64,000 nucleotides of DNA from an uncultured Pseudomonadota bacterium (GCA_963843375.1 CAWJKT010000004.1:96001-160000); one strand, 5' to 3'; counted from the first letter of the stretch, positions 52,092 to 62,320 are shown. A program made the numbers and translations. Notes: generated from the sequence alone by a model not told the origin.

Positions 52092-53354
52092 ATGGAAGAT
52101 TTTTATGATTACAAAAAATTTTATGTCCTCTATGTGGATGATGAGGAAAAATCCCTTAAGTATTTCCGGGAAACCTTTGGGGATAAATTTGCCGTTTTGA
52201 CGGCTTCTAACGCCGAGGAAGGTTTCCGCATATTAAAAGAAAATCAGGACCGGATAGCGGTTCTTATGACGGACCAGCGTATGCCCGGGGAAAAGGGTAT
52301 CCAGCTTTTGGAGAAAACCAGGCTAATGAAGCCACGTATCATCCGCATCCTGGTTACCGCTTATTCCGATCTGGAAACGGCCATTGAGTCAGTCAATACA
52401 GGCGCCATTTATAAGTATGTCACGAAACCTTGGGATATACCCCAATTGGAAGTCACTTTAAAACGAGGAATCGAGTTTTTCATCGTACAAAACGAACGGG
52501 ACCAGCTCCTGCGAGAAAAAATATCCACTCTTTACAACGTAATGTTGACGGACCGGATTTTAAGCTTGGGAATTCTGGCAACAGGCTTAAGCCACCATAT
52601 CCGTAATTCTATGGTTGCTGTCAAAACTTTCCTCGACCTCACTCCCAAGAAACTGGAGGAAGAAAACCTCAATTTGGAACAATTGCGGAATCCTGATTTT
52701 TGGAGTGAATATTATAAAAAAGTTCAGAACCAAATGGATAAAGTCGCTCATCTCTTAAGCGATCTTTGGGAGTCATCCGAACTTCCCGTCAACGAGTTCC
52801 CCGATAGGATTAAGTTGAATCAATTATTACCCGAGATCTTTGCCCAGATGAAAAACGAATTGGATCAAAAAGGACTGACCGTGGAAAGCAAACTTTCCAA
52901 CGATCTACCCGAACTGAAAGTGGACGGTAAAAAATTCAAGCGCCTTTTTGAGATGCTGCTCAAGGAAGAAATCTCATCTTTAGTTCCGGGCGGGCGGATA
53001 AAATTTACGGCGCAAGTGACCGGCTCCAAAGAAGGTCCCTCCGAAATTCAATTGGAGATGGAGGACAATGGTCCTGAGTTGGCTTCAGACGCTCTACGAT
53101 CTATCTTTGACCCATTTTTTGTTCGATCCGGTAATCCACAAGAATATGGCATTTATCTTATGTCTTGTTTTTTTATTGTTTATCATCACGGAGGTAGGAT
53201 TTCATCCCGTCATGAAGCCCACAGGGGGAATATTTTTAATTTAACCTTTCCGATCAATCCAACCGTTAGGCGATCTTCCGTTGAGGAAAGGGACTTTGTC
53301 AGCAAGATATTAGTTAATGAAACCATGTGGGAAAAATTAATTTCCGGAAATTAA
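52092..53354 (+). CDS. Response regulator with kinase-like output (REC-HisKA-degenerate HATPase; PhcR/PhcQ-like)
   Basis: LYVDDE, TDQRMPG, ILVTAYSD, YVTKPW, SHHIRN, DNGP, IFDPFF. Lacks canonical N and G2 boxes. Confidence 0.85.
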   Translation: MEDFYDYKKFYVLYVDDEEKSLKYFRETFGDKFAVLTASNAEEGFRILKENQDRIAVLMTDQRMPGEKGIQLLEKTRLMKPRIIRILVTAYSDLETAIESVNTGAIYKYVTKPWDIPQLEVTLKRGIEFFIVQNERDQLLREKISTLYNVMLTDRILSLGILATGLSHHIRNSMVAVKTFLDLTPKKLEEENLNLEQLRNPDFWSEYYKKVQNQMDKVAHLLSDLWESSELPVNEFPDRIKLNQLLPEIFAQMKNELDQKGLTVESKLSNDLPELKVDGKKFKRLFEMLLKEEISSLVPGGRIKFTAQVTGSKEGPSEIQLEMEDNGPELASDALRSIFDPFFVRSGNPQEYGIYLMSCFFIVYHHGGRISSRHEAHRGNIFNLTFPINPTVRRSSVEERDFVSKILVNETMWEKLISGN

Positions 53355-53486
53355 TTAAGGCTTTTGCCCGGGCATAAAACTAAAAATGTTCTCCCCCTTC
53401 ATCGGGAGAAAAAGAGGGATAACCTGCCGTTAAAAGCACCGACAACATTTTTAATGATGAATCCTCTTCTTAATGGTTGCAAAGGC

Positions 53487-55649
53487 TTAAAGAGTTTGAA
53501 TTTTTTCGTGAATGATCTTGTCCAGCGTTTCCTGCAAAGTCGGATTCTTTTCTCCCATCAAGGATTCCAGAAAGCTCCAAACTTGCGGTTGGTTAATCTT
53601 GGTCAAGGCCCGGATAGCCTCCAACCTCACGGGAAGCGAAAAGTTTTTTCCCCGCAATAAGGGCTTTTTTCGCGCGATGTCCTGGAGGAAAGCTATTCCT
53701 TCCGGCATGGCCAAGTCTCCCAAAGATTGGCATACCGAGGTGAGGAAAATATCATTGTTTGAAAAACGCCCCTCGCGGATTTTGGATGCTTTTAAAAGCA
53801 CGGGAAGCCCTGCCGTAAAATGAATCTTGCCGATCACCCTTGCGGCCATGGCTGCAATTTCTTCCGAGTCGTCCAAAACCGCCAGCCTCAGGGCGGGACC
53901 ACCCGCCGGGTCGCCCACTTCCTCAATCAAACCTAGCAGATCCAATTTCAACTCTCGGCTTCCCCTGGAAAGCCAGGCGGAAAGCAGGAGCGAAAGCCCC
54001 GGATCCATGCCGCACACCCTAAGGATCGGCATCAATGGAAGAATATCTTTCTCGTTCTGGACATAGGCCAGCCATTCGGTTAAAGCGGAGCGGACCGACT
54101 CTTTCATCGCGGCGAAAAGTTTTAAATATCCGCTTTTATCGGAAGCGGATGAAACCAAGAAATCATCCAAAAGAAGCGGCGCTGCCATTTCTCCCAGAAG
54201 CGGGAAATGGTCCAGTTGCTCCGCCTTGCAGGCGCTAAGTACAAATCGGCGGATGAGGTCGGGAGTAGAGCGCTCAAAAAGCCAATGCCGGGCGATGTAA
54301 GCCCTCTCCGGGAAGGACGCCACATCCTCATCGGCGTGAAAGTGAAGGGTGGACAAGAGGGTCAGGGCGGATTGTTCATTACCGCCGACCAGCGCAGGCT
54401 CCATCAGGTCCCAAGCCAGCAGAAGGGCGGTTTGGTAAAGCCCGGGAGTCTTTTCCGTGGCTAATAACGCGTTCAAATGATTTAGTACTTCCCGCAGCAA
54501 TTCGGATTGTCGAACCCAGGGGCGGGCATCCATGAGATGGGTCAAAGCCAGTTGTCTTTCAAAAGAATCGCCACTCAAGTTTTGGGCCAAACAATGCACC
54601 GTTTTCTCCACCAACTCCTGTTTTCCGTTAGCTCCCCAATAAGCCAGGCACTCATTCACCAAGCCTTCCGTAGCGGGATCAAAAAGGACAGCCATCCAAT
54701 TGTTCCGAACGGCGACTTCCAACAGTGGATACATAGAGGAAGCTACATGGCCTTGCATCAATTCGCCATGGGGGGTCCGGAACCATTGGTAAATATTTGC
54801 GAATTCAGGAGAGGATTTTTCCATGCGGTCCAAAAGTCGGTCAAATAGTTTTTCAAAAGAAAGGGTCAAATCGGCCATTTCAGGCGAGACGTTCAAGTTT
54901 TTCTTTTGTAATTGAGAATGTTGCCATGCCTCCGCGACAAAGCTTAAAAGCGCCTCACTAGCGCGTGTCTCGGTCTCGGCGGAGGTGGGGACGAAAGCCA
55001 ATGAAATTTTTTCATCCTTCAGAATTTCCTTCAAGGTGAAAGAGGGAACATCCTTGGGTTCGCTAACTGTAGGTTTTGAAGGGGCCGAAAGATCCACGTG
55101 CGGTATAGGAAAAGGTTTTAAGAAGATATCGTTGTTAACCGATTTGTTTTGAGGAGATGAAAAGGTCAAAGGAAGGCCGGTTTTATTTTCCGAAGTTTCC
55201 GGTTCACTCACGACTTTAACCACGTCTTCCTGAGAAAGCATATGGATATGAGGCAGGGTATCTTTATTTTCCTTTTGATCGGAGATCGGTTGTGAAATTT
55301 GCTTCAACCAGATCGTCAGTTCTTCCACCGTCAATCCCTTTTCGATTTGAACTCCTCGGACATTCTTTTCCTGGAAAATTTTCAAGAGATCGTCCCAATC
55401 GGATAAATCGGAGCCGTTAAGGAGAAGCCCATCTGCTTCCCGGTAAAGAGCCAGGGAATCAAAAGCTTGGAGTAGTTTATGGATGTCTTTGTGGCATTTT
55501 TGGACAGCTTGAACTACGAAGGGACTGTCGGTTGAATAAAATGAAACGTAACTGAGGGCTGCCTTGAAATTCCTAGTTAGTTGGGGGAAAGATATTTGAT
55601 GGGCTTGGGACACAGGCTTCACTTGAAACAGGTTCATGTTCTCCTCCAT
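53487..55649 (-). CDS. HEAT-repeat protein, function unknown
   Basis: 720-aa ORF with C-terminal HEAT/PBS-like helices (AVLDDSEEIAAMAARVIGKI, VCQSLGDL, VRLEAIRAL). Confidence 0.72.
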   Translation of the reverse strand: MEENMNLFQVKPVSQAHQISFPQLTRNFKAALSYVSFYSTDSPFVVQAVQKCHKDIHKLLQAFDSLALYREADGLLLNGSDLSDWDDLLKIFQEKNVRGVQIEKGLTVEELTIWLKQISQPISDQKENKDTLPHIHMLSQEDVVKVVSEPETSENKTGLPLTFSSPQNKSVNNDIFLKPFPIPHVDLSAPSKPTVSEPKDVPSFTLKEILKDEKISLAFVPTSAETETRASEALLSFVAEAWQHSQLQKKNLNVSPEMADLTLSFEKLFDRLLDRMEKSSPEFANIYQWFRTPHGELMQGHVASSMYPLLEVAVRNNWMAVLFDPATEGLVNECLAYWGANGKQELVEKTVHCLAQNLSGDSFERQLALTHLMDARPWVRQSELLREVLNHLNALLATEKTPGLYQTALLLAWDLMEPALVGGNEQSALTLLSTLHFHADEDVASFPERAYIARHWLFERSTPDLIRRFVLSACKAEQLDHFPLLGEMAAPLLLDDFLVSSASDKSGYLKLFAAMKESVRSALTEWLAYVQNEKDILPLMPILRVCGMDPGLSLLLSAWLSRGSRELKLDLLGLIEEVGDPAGGPALRLAVLDDSEEIAAMAARVIGKIHFTAGLPVLLKASKIREGRFSNNDIFLTSVCQSLGDLAMPEGIAFLQDIARKKPLLRGKNFSLPVRLEAIRALTKINQPQVWSFLESLMGEKNPTLQETLDKIIHEKIQTL

Positions 55650-56047
55650 GGAGAGATAAAATCAGAACCGTATTTCAAGCGGCAAATCTATAGCATCGTT
55701 GTTCAATCTTCAACACGAAGCTATCACCAATGGAAGAGCTAAAAATAGTGAAAAAGCATTGAAAAAGGGAAGTTCGTTTTCCCGGGTTTTGCAGTTTTAG
55801 GTTTTTTAAAGAGCTTCCTGGAATAAGGTTAATCCTATGGGGCCGCAAGGATTGGTATCCCGATTTCGCTTTTTCCACCAGGAAAGGGGCCTTTTTCAAC
55901 AATTTAATGTAAATTTCCCAAATTATTTTTATCGCCATAGGTTTTTCATTGGTAAAATAAAAGGGCTCAAAAGGGTCTGACCTCTTGATTCATCCCGAAG
56001 CCCAAGGGCAAAATAGAAATAGGTCAGGCTTAACTTGAAGGAGAAAC

Positions 56048-56464
56048 ATGATGGAACGACACAAATTAGTTCTGGCTTTATCCCTTCTAGCTGCTACGAC
56101 ACTTGCAGTTGGTTGCGGAAATACCAAAAGGGTTGAAAGTACGGAAGTTCCCAAAGCGGCTCCTGCCGCTGAGCCGGTTAAAGCCGTAACTTCCGACCAC
56201 TATTTAGTTGCCGATCATGACACGCTTTGGGGCATTGCCGGCAAATCGGACATCTATAGCGATAATTTCCAGTGGCCTTTGATCTTCAAGGCCAACCGGG
56301 ACACCATCAAGGACCCTGATTTGATCTACCCCAAACAAGATTTCATGATTCAAAAGGGCCTAACCGATGAGGAGATCTCCCAGGCCAAGAGTTTGGCCAT
56401 GAAGACCCCTAAGTATGTTCCCCATAGCAAACCAAGGGAAACCTTACCGTTGAATTATTTTTGA
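56048..56464 (+). CDS. LysM domain lipoprotein
   Basis: Lipobox AVGC, YLVADHDTLWGIA..WPLIFKANRD.IKDPDLIYP. RBS AAGGAG. Confidence 0.88.
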   Translation: MMERHKLVLALSLLAATTLAVGCGNTKRVESTEVPKAAPAAEPVKAVTSDHYLVADHDTLWGIAGKSDIYSDNFQWPLIFKANRDTIKDPDLIYPKQDFMIQKGLTDEEISQAKSLAMKTPKYVPHSKPRETLPLNYF

Positions 56465-56478
56465 ACTTGGTTTTTAAC

Positions 56479-56512
56479 AGCCCGTTCCCGGAAGGGGACG
56501 GGCTTTTTTTTT
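56479..56512 (+). terminator. Intrinsic terminator
   Basis: AGCCCGTTCCC-GGAA-GGGGACGGGCT followed by a long T run. Confidence 0.85.
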
Positions 56513-56587
56513 ATGGGGGATTGTAAAAGAGTTTTGAGTAACAGGAAGATAGCTTGGTCCTAATCGTAATCGTTGGGGGAGAACATC

Positions 56588-57550
56588 ATGAAAGCCATTC
56601 TGGTTAAGGAATTCGGCGGACCAGAAGTCTTGAAATTGGAAGAAGTTCCCGATTTGAAACCCGGGAAAGGGCAAGTGCTGGTCCGATTAGAAGCCGCAGG
56701 CGTGAATCCCCTGGAAAATTATATTCGCTCGGGAACTTACGCCTTCAAACCGCCGTTGCCCTACATACCGGGGGCAGATGGAGCGGGTATTGTCACAGCG
56801 GTCGGACCGGGCGTGAGAAATATTAAAGTCAATGCCCGCGTTTATTTGGAGGAGGCTCTCACTGGGACTTACGCACAAGCCTGCCTGGCGAATTCCCGCA
56901 ACGTCCACCTTTTACCGTCATTCATCACTTTCCCCCAAGGGGCGGCTTTGGGCGTTCCTTACGTCACCGCCCATCAAGCCCTTTTTGAAAAGGCGAAAGC
57001 CAAAAAAGGCGAGGCTCTTTTGGTGCATGGCGCCTCCGGCGGCGTGGGGGTGGCTTGCATTCAATTGGCGAGAGCCGCGGGCCTCAAGATCATAGGGACG
57101 GCTGGAACCGAAGAAGGTTTGGCCTTAGTCAAGGAACAAGGAGCCAATCTCGTTTTAAACCACAGGTCGCCTGGTTACTTGGAAGAACTAAAATCTTTTA
57201 CTGATGGAAAAGGGGTGGATATTGTCCTGGAAATGGCGGCCCATGCCAATTTGGGCAAGGATCTTCCGCTCCTTGCCAAGTTTGGCCGGGTGGTGGTCAT
57301 TGGTGCCCGGGGGCCGGTGGAAATCAATCCCCGTGACCTGATGGGCCGGGACGCGGTTATCCTGGGCATGATCATTTTCAACGCGACCCCGGAGGATAAA
57401 ATTAAAATCCACGAAGACCTGGTAAAGGGATTGAAAGCTAAAAAGTTAAAACCAGTCATTGGAAAGGAAATTCCCCTTGCCGAAGCCGCCAAAGCTCACG
57501 AGTTGGTGATGCAACCCGGCGCCTTCGGAAAAATTGTCCTTATTCCTTGA
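56588..57550 (+). CDS. qor: NADPH:quinone reductase (zeta-crystallin/MDR family)
   Basis: GGPEVL, AAGVNP, PGADGAG, VHGASGGVG, GKIVL. Confidence 0.9.
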   Translation: MKAILVKEFGGPEVLKLEEVPDLKPGKGQVLVRLEAAGVNPLENYIRSGTYAFKPPLPYIPGADGAGIVTAVGPGVRNIKVNARVYLEEALTGTYAQACLANSRNVHLLPSFITFPQGAALGVPYVTAHQALFEKAKAKKGEALLVHGASGGVGVACIQLARAAGLKIIGTAGTEEGLALVKEQGANLVLNHRSPGYLEELKSFTDGKGVDIVLEMAAHANLGKDLPLLAKFGRVVVIGARGPVEINPRDLMGRDAVILGMIIFNATPEDKIKIHEDLVKGLKAKKLKPVIGKEIPLAEAAKAHELVMQPGAFGKIVLIP

Positions 57551-57561
57551 GAGAGAACCCC

Positions 57562-57777
57562 ATGGACGAAAATTTTAAGGAACAGCTTCAAAAACAGGCC
57601 CTGGAGGCGACCGTCAAGACGGTTCAACAAAAGATTGTCTCTTTAGTTTGCCCGGTCCACGAGCAAAGCCCCAAGCTTAAATTCTCCGAGGATTCGGGTC
57701 CTGGAGAACAAAAGATGTCCTTTGACTGCTGTTGCGATACTCTGGCCGGGATGCTTCAAGAAGTCTTGAAGACTTGA
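57562..57777 (+). CDS. Small hypothetical protein with CPVH and CCC motifs
   Basis: 71-aa ORF directly downstream of qor with purine-rich RBS. Confidence 0.6.
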   Translation: MDENFKEQLQKQALEATVKTVQQKIVSLVCPVHEQSPKLKFSEDSGPGEQKMSFDCCCDTLAGMLQEVLKT

Positions 57778-57812
57778 ACGAAACTTTTCTTCTTTTAGCT
57801 AAAGGTACTCAC

Positions 57813-59936
57813 TTATTTTCCAGGTAAGGCTTGTAGGCTGAAGGTTTGAAAATAGCGCAGACACTTGTTACTCCACTCCTCCGCGTCTTTTGCCTGTATA
57901 CGCAACTTATTCTCCACGGCTTCCCAACGTTCACTATCCACGCCGGCTTTAATGCTTTCCCATTGTTTTTCCATGGCCCCCGCTTTCTCAACTCCCCGAA
58001 AGTAACGGTCCGAAAGTTCCTCCCAAAATTTTTTTCCAGATTTCATGGGATGGTCCCAAGGCACATGATGGAACCAAAGCAGGTATTCCTCGGGACAGAG
58101 GTCAAGACTGTTCCACCGGTCGGGAAGGGGAGAATGATATTGATCCACGGCATCACTGCCCAAACGGGTGCGGTCGAATCCCAAGCCCTTTTTATCCGCC
58201 CGAACATAGTAGGCCGCCGACCAGTCCACCCGGCGTGGGTCCACCATTCCCGGGTCAGGGGCGTAATGAATATCCTTTTCGAAAACGCCGTTGAGGCCCA
58301 GAGGAGTAGCGTAATCCACGAAGGTTTGGCGGGAGCCCATCATGAGGTTGACTATGATGGAAGCCACTCGCGGGTCGTTGCTCCAGGTGAGACGGGTCCA
58401 TTCCTCTGCGATGGAATCGGCGCTCAAGGATGGGTTCCAAGCCAGGCGGCCGAAGGCGTACCAATTGGCAGCCGCAAAGGGATGGCCGCACCAGTCGCGG
58501 TCGTCGCCGGTGTTGGCCACGCCCGCGATGGCGCTGTCCGAGTGGTTTTCCAACGTACCATCTACGATTTTCTCCACTGTCGATCCCGGCCCCCGCTCGT
58601 AAGTGTCGGATTCCAAGAATTCCTTCCACATCGGCGCCAGATAGACCAGGTGGGTGGACTGGCCCAGATATTCCTGGGTCACTTCCAGTTCGGCCGTAAG
58701 GGAGGTCTTGGGGACGGCGCCGAAAAGCGGGTGGAAGGGTTCCCGCGGCTGAAAGTCCAGTGGGCCGTTTTTCACCTGCACGAAAACGTTCTGGGCGAAT
58801 TCGCCGTCTAGGGGTTTGAATTCCTTGTAGGCCCGCTTAATCCGGTCGGCATCCACTGTATCGTCATAAACGAAGGCCCGCCACATCACCACGCCCCCAT
58901 GGGGAGCGAGAATCTGGGCCAAGAGATTGGCGCCTTGGGCATGGGTACGGTGGTAATCCTTGGGCCCCGGTTGGCCCTCGCTGTTGGCTTTCACCAGGAA
59001 ACCGCCGAAGTCCGGAATTTTACCGTAGATTTCATTCACCTTGGCATTCCACCATTTTTTTACTTCGGGATCTAAGGGGTCGGCCGTGGAAAGACCACCG
59101 ATAGCCTTAGGCGAGCCGAAGTTGGCGGATAGATAAACCCGGATTCCATAAGGTCGGAAGGCTTTGGCCAGGGCGGCGGCCTTCTCCAAATAAGGGACCG
59201 TCAGCATACGGGGGTCGGCGTTCACGTTGTTAAGCACGGCTCCGTTCAGGCCGATAGAAGCGCAAGCCCTGGCGTAATCGATGACACGAGAATTTACCAG
59301 GCCCGGAAGTTCCTCCCACTTCCATAAGGATTTGCCCGCATAGCCCCGTTCGATAGTCTCGTCTAGGTTGTCCCAATGGTCCAGAATTCGTCGATGGATA
59401 TGGGGCTTCTCAGCGACGTCCAGATGATCGAGGGATTGATGGGTTCCAACGAGCCTCAACAAGTGAAAGGTTCCATAGAGACAACCGATAGAGGTTTGAG
59501 AAGCAATGACGGTAACTCGATGGCCTTGAAGGTTTATTGAGCGGATAAGATAGCCTTCCGTACCCAACCGGGATAGATCCTGGTTCCATTTCAACCCCCC
59601 CACCCAGGATGAGGTTTCGGGAGTGCCAACGACAAGTGAGCCGTCTTTTACAGTGTCCATTTCCGGGATTGAAGTATCCAACATCCTTTGGAAGCCCCGT
59701 TGCAATTCTTTTATCAGAATAGCCTTCGTTTCCATTCCCACTTGCACCACGATGGAAGAAACATCAGAACGGTAACTGTCGCGCAAAGGCTCCTCTAGCA
59801 CCTTTTCATATCTCAGCCAAAGGCGATAGCCATCATCAGCTCGAAGGGGGGGCACAATTGCAAGGGCTGAAAGAAGCAGAAATGACATGAATAAAACGGT
59901 TCGGGGTTTAAACGCATTAAGAAAAAGGTAATTCAT
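57813..59936 (-). CDS. aguA: Alpha-glucuronidase, GH67
   Basis: DGYRLWLRY, LDHWDNLD..IERGYAG, NNVNA, GGFLVKANSEGQPGP, WRAFVY, KNGPLDFQPREP, QEYLG, LLWFHH. Confidence 0.95.
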   Translation of the reverse strand: MNYLFLNAFKPRTVLFMSFLLLSALAIVPPLRADDGYRLWLRYEKVLEEPLRDSYRSDVSSIVVQVGMETKAILIKELQRGFQRMLDTSIPEMDTVKDGSLVVGTPETSSWVGGLKWNQDLSRLGTEGYLIRSINLQGHRVTVIASQTSIGCLYGTFHLLRLVGTHQSLDHLDVAEKPHIHRRILDHWDNLDETIERGYAGKSLWKWEELPGLVNSRVIDYARACASIGLNGAVLNNVNADPRMLTVPYLEKAAALAKAFRPYGIRVYLSANFGSPKAIGGLSTADPLDPEVKKWWNAKVNEIYGKIPDFGGFLVKANSEGQPGPKDYHRTHAQGANLLAQILAPHGGVVMWRAFVYDDTVDADRIKRAYKEFKPLDGEFAQNVFVQVKNGPLDFQPREPFHPLFGAVPKTSLTAELEVTQEYLGQSTHLVYLAPMWKEFLESDTYERGPGSTVEKIVDGTLENHSDSAIAGVANTGDDRDWCGHPFAAANWYAFGRLAWNPSLSADSIAEEWTRLTWSNDPRVASIIVNLMMGSRQTFVDYATPLGLNGVFEKDIHYAPDPGMVDPRRVDWSAAYYVRADKKGLGFDRTRLGSDAVDQYHSPLPDRWNSLDLCPEEYLLWFHHVPWDHPMKSGKKFWEELSDRYFRGVEKAGAMEKQWESIKAGVDSERWEAVENKLRIQAKDAEEWSNKCLRYFQTFSLQALPGK

Positions 59937-59944
59937 AGAGCCTT

Positions 59945-60454
59945 TTATTTTAAGCTTTTTTGGGTGAACCGGCCCAAAAGTTCCGCCAACGAACCGACTA
60001 AAATGGCAAAACCAAGACCAATGGAAGTTTCCAAAAAGCGGGCCCAGGCGTAAGCCCAGGGCTTATCCCCATGAAAAAGAATGACGATGCCTGTGATATA
60101 GCCTGTGATCTTGGCCGCATCTTTCAATCCAATAAGCTCACACAGGAGGATCGAAAAAAGGACTCCCCCCGCCATGACCAGGGGGGTATGGCCTAAAAGA
60201 GACCCCAATCCGCCGCCCAGACCGGCCCCGATCACGTTACCGATCAGCCTGAGCAGGCCCGTACGCCGAGTTACTTCCGGGGAAGGGTCTGTGACAACGA
60301 TGGCGGCGATGACAGCGTAAATAGGGTAATCCATCCCCAGCCGCAGAGCCATCCAGGCCGAGAGCAGGCTGGCCAGCGCGGCCCGCAAGCCGATCTGGAG
60401 GCCTTGTTCCAGGTTTTGGCTAATGTGGGAGGGTGGTTTTTTCTTTTTAACCAA
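59945..60454 (-). CDS. FUSC/aromatic acid exporter family membrane protein
   Basis: LRAALA, YAVIAAIVV, RLIGNVIGAGLG, RFLETSIG. Confidence 0.8.
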   Translation of the reverse strand: MVKKKKPPSHISQNLEQGLQIGLRAALASLLSAWMALRLGMDYPIYAVIAAIVVTDPSPEVTRRTGLLRLIGNVIGAGLGGGLGSLLGHTPLVMAGGVLFSILLCELIGLKDAAKITGYITGIVILFHGDKPWAYAWARFLETSIGLGFAILVGSLAELLGRFTQKSLK

Positions 60455-60460
60455 AGGAAT

Positions 60461-61906
60461 TCACTCCGATAAATTTTCCGGATAGATTGGGTTACGCGCG
60501 CACCACATCATCACCAGCGAGAAAACGGTCAAAGTAACCGTTGGGTAAAGAAGTCGAAAATCAAAAGCCGGTGCGTAAAAAAAATAACCGGCCGCGTATA
60601 AAAAAGCCGATAAAGCCGAAAAAAAGGAAGCCTCTTTACCGAGATTCCAGCGGACGGGTCCGAAAAGGTGAAAACCTATAATCGCCAAAAGAAGGAGCAA
60701 ATAAGGCCAACCCTTGAAAAAGACCGAATTCCCGAATTTCCAAAAATAATATTTTAAAACGACCCGCAGGCTGGGATTACCCGATTCCACCAGATTAAAA
60801 CGGCTTGGGGCCATGTTCAGCTGGAATGGAAAGTAAGAATCCTTTTCCCCGATTCTTAAAAGTTCACAAAAAACCTTCCAACGGTGTTGAAGATAGATCC
60901 AAGGATAAAGACGGATGGATTCCAACCATTTACCGTTCAGTTCGCTTAATTGAGGTAGGTCATGTGTGACCTCCACCGGTAATTTTCCCGTGGAAGAATA
61001 AAGGTCCTCGTTTTGATTATCTTTTCGCAGGGTTTCAGGGTCGATCTTGGGGTTGAGTATTTTCCAATAAGACGGGAGCAATTCCTCCCGGTCCGTTTGG
61101 ATAAAAACGGAAACAATATCCTGTATTTTGAGCGCTTGGGAAACATAGTATTTGTGGGCTTTTAAAACATCATAATTGAAGAAGTGAACAGCCCCAAAAT
61201 TAACAGCTAAAAACAATGGGACGCCAAAGAAAATCCTGATGGAACAGAACTTCCCATCCCCAATTTTAAACAGATACCAAGCCAACGGAACCAAAGCCGG
61301 AAGGGAATTGAGGCGAACGGCGCAGGAATAAAAAAAAAGAGCGACAGACGGGGCCAGGCAAAGATAAAAGAGAAATGATTTCCACTGCCAATTTGTTTTA
61401 TGAACCCATTTTGCCAGAATTAGGAATAAGTAGGCTCCCAAAAGACAGATCGAAAGCTCGGTATCCTTCCAAACCACGATCACCTGGCACCAAAGGGGCG
61501 GCAAGGCGCCGAGGCCCAGTACAAAAAGTTTGAGTTTCCAGTTTTTAAAGGAAATCATGGAAAGGAGGCACCAAAAAAACCAATAACAAATATTATGTAA
61601 GACGAAAAGAATTCCTGGATTTTTCGAGAACCAAAATAGAAAACGCCAAAAAGCCGCCATTATCGGAGGGTGCCCGTCCAGAAAGACCCCCACATTGGCC
61701 TGGATCAATTGGTCATAGGTATCGGCGGTCATTTCCCCCGGAAAAAAAGCGACGACGGTCAGGAGAAAGAAAAGGAAAGAGCCTAGCAAGACGAACCAGT
61801 TATCCCGTAAAACTCTTCCCGGCCAGGAATCATTTCCGGCCCGGATCAGTTGAAGGTTATTGATCAAAAGGGATCGAATTTTTTTTCCGAATCGAGATTG
61901 GCTCAA
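60461..61906 (-). CDS. Polytopic membrane protein, probable GT-C fold glycosyltransferase
   Basis: FFPGEMTADTYDQ, DGHPP, VWKD, AVRLN, YLQHR, DFRLLYP, with many TM helices. Confidence 0.65.
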   Translation of the reverse strand: MSQSRFGKKIRSLLINNLQLIRAGNDSWPGRVLRDNWFVLLGSFLFFLLTVVAFFPGEMTADTYDQLIQANVGVFLDGHPPIMAAFWRFLFWFSKNPGILFVLHNICYWFFWCLLSMISFKNWKLKLFVLGLGALPPLWCQVIVVWKDTELSICLLGAYLFLILAKWVHKTNWQWKSFLFYLCLAPSVALFFYSCAVRLNSLPALVPLAWYLFKIGDGKFCSIRIFFGVPLFLAVNFGAVHFFNYDVLKAHKYYVSQALKIQDIVSVFIQTDREELLPSYWKILNPKIDPETLRKDNQNEDLYSSTGKLPVEVTHDLPQLSELNGKWLESIRLYPWIYLQHRWKVFCELLRIGEKDSYFPFQLNMAPSRFNLVESGNPSLRVVLKYYFWKFGNSVFFKGWPYLLLLLAIIGFHLFGPVRWNLGKEASFFSALSAFLYAAGYFFYAPAFDFRLLYPTVTLTVFSLVMMWCARNPIYPENLSE

Positions 61907-62092
61907 CGTTTAAACGCTGACAGGAATGAAGTGATCAAAAAACGGGATCTTGACGGTAATTTTTTGGATCCAGTTATCCGGTTTTGGGGCAGGTTTATAC
62001 TACGGGTGTTGCTGGAATTGCCCGTTCCCGTGGAAATCGATAGAATCCGATTTTCTAATTTATTTATCAGAAGATATATGCTCAAGCCTTTA

Positions 62093-62320
62093 TCAAACTT
62101 GGGAAATCTCTCCATAGAAATCATATCCGCCTTCTTTGAATGAAGCCATAACATTATAATTGAAAAAAAACGACAAAGTGATCGGGGGGTATAGATATCT
62201 AAATTCATAAACGAGAGCGTAAAAAAAGTAACTCGTGGCGTTAAATAATGTGGACCAGGCGAAAAAAACCGAGACCGAAGAAAAGAATCCTCGGCCGCTT
62301 TTTAATATAAAATTTATCAT
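62093..62320 (-). pseudogene. Fragment resembling the C-terminus of the neighbouring 60461..61906 protein
   Basis: FFAWSTLFNATSYFFYALVYEFRYLYPPITL versus FFSALSAFLYAAGYFFYAPAFDFRLLYPTVTL. Confidence 0.55.
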
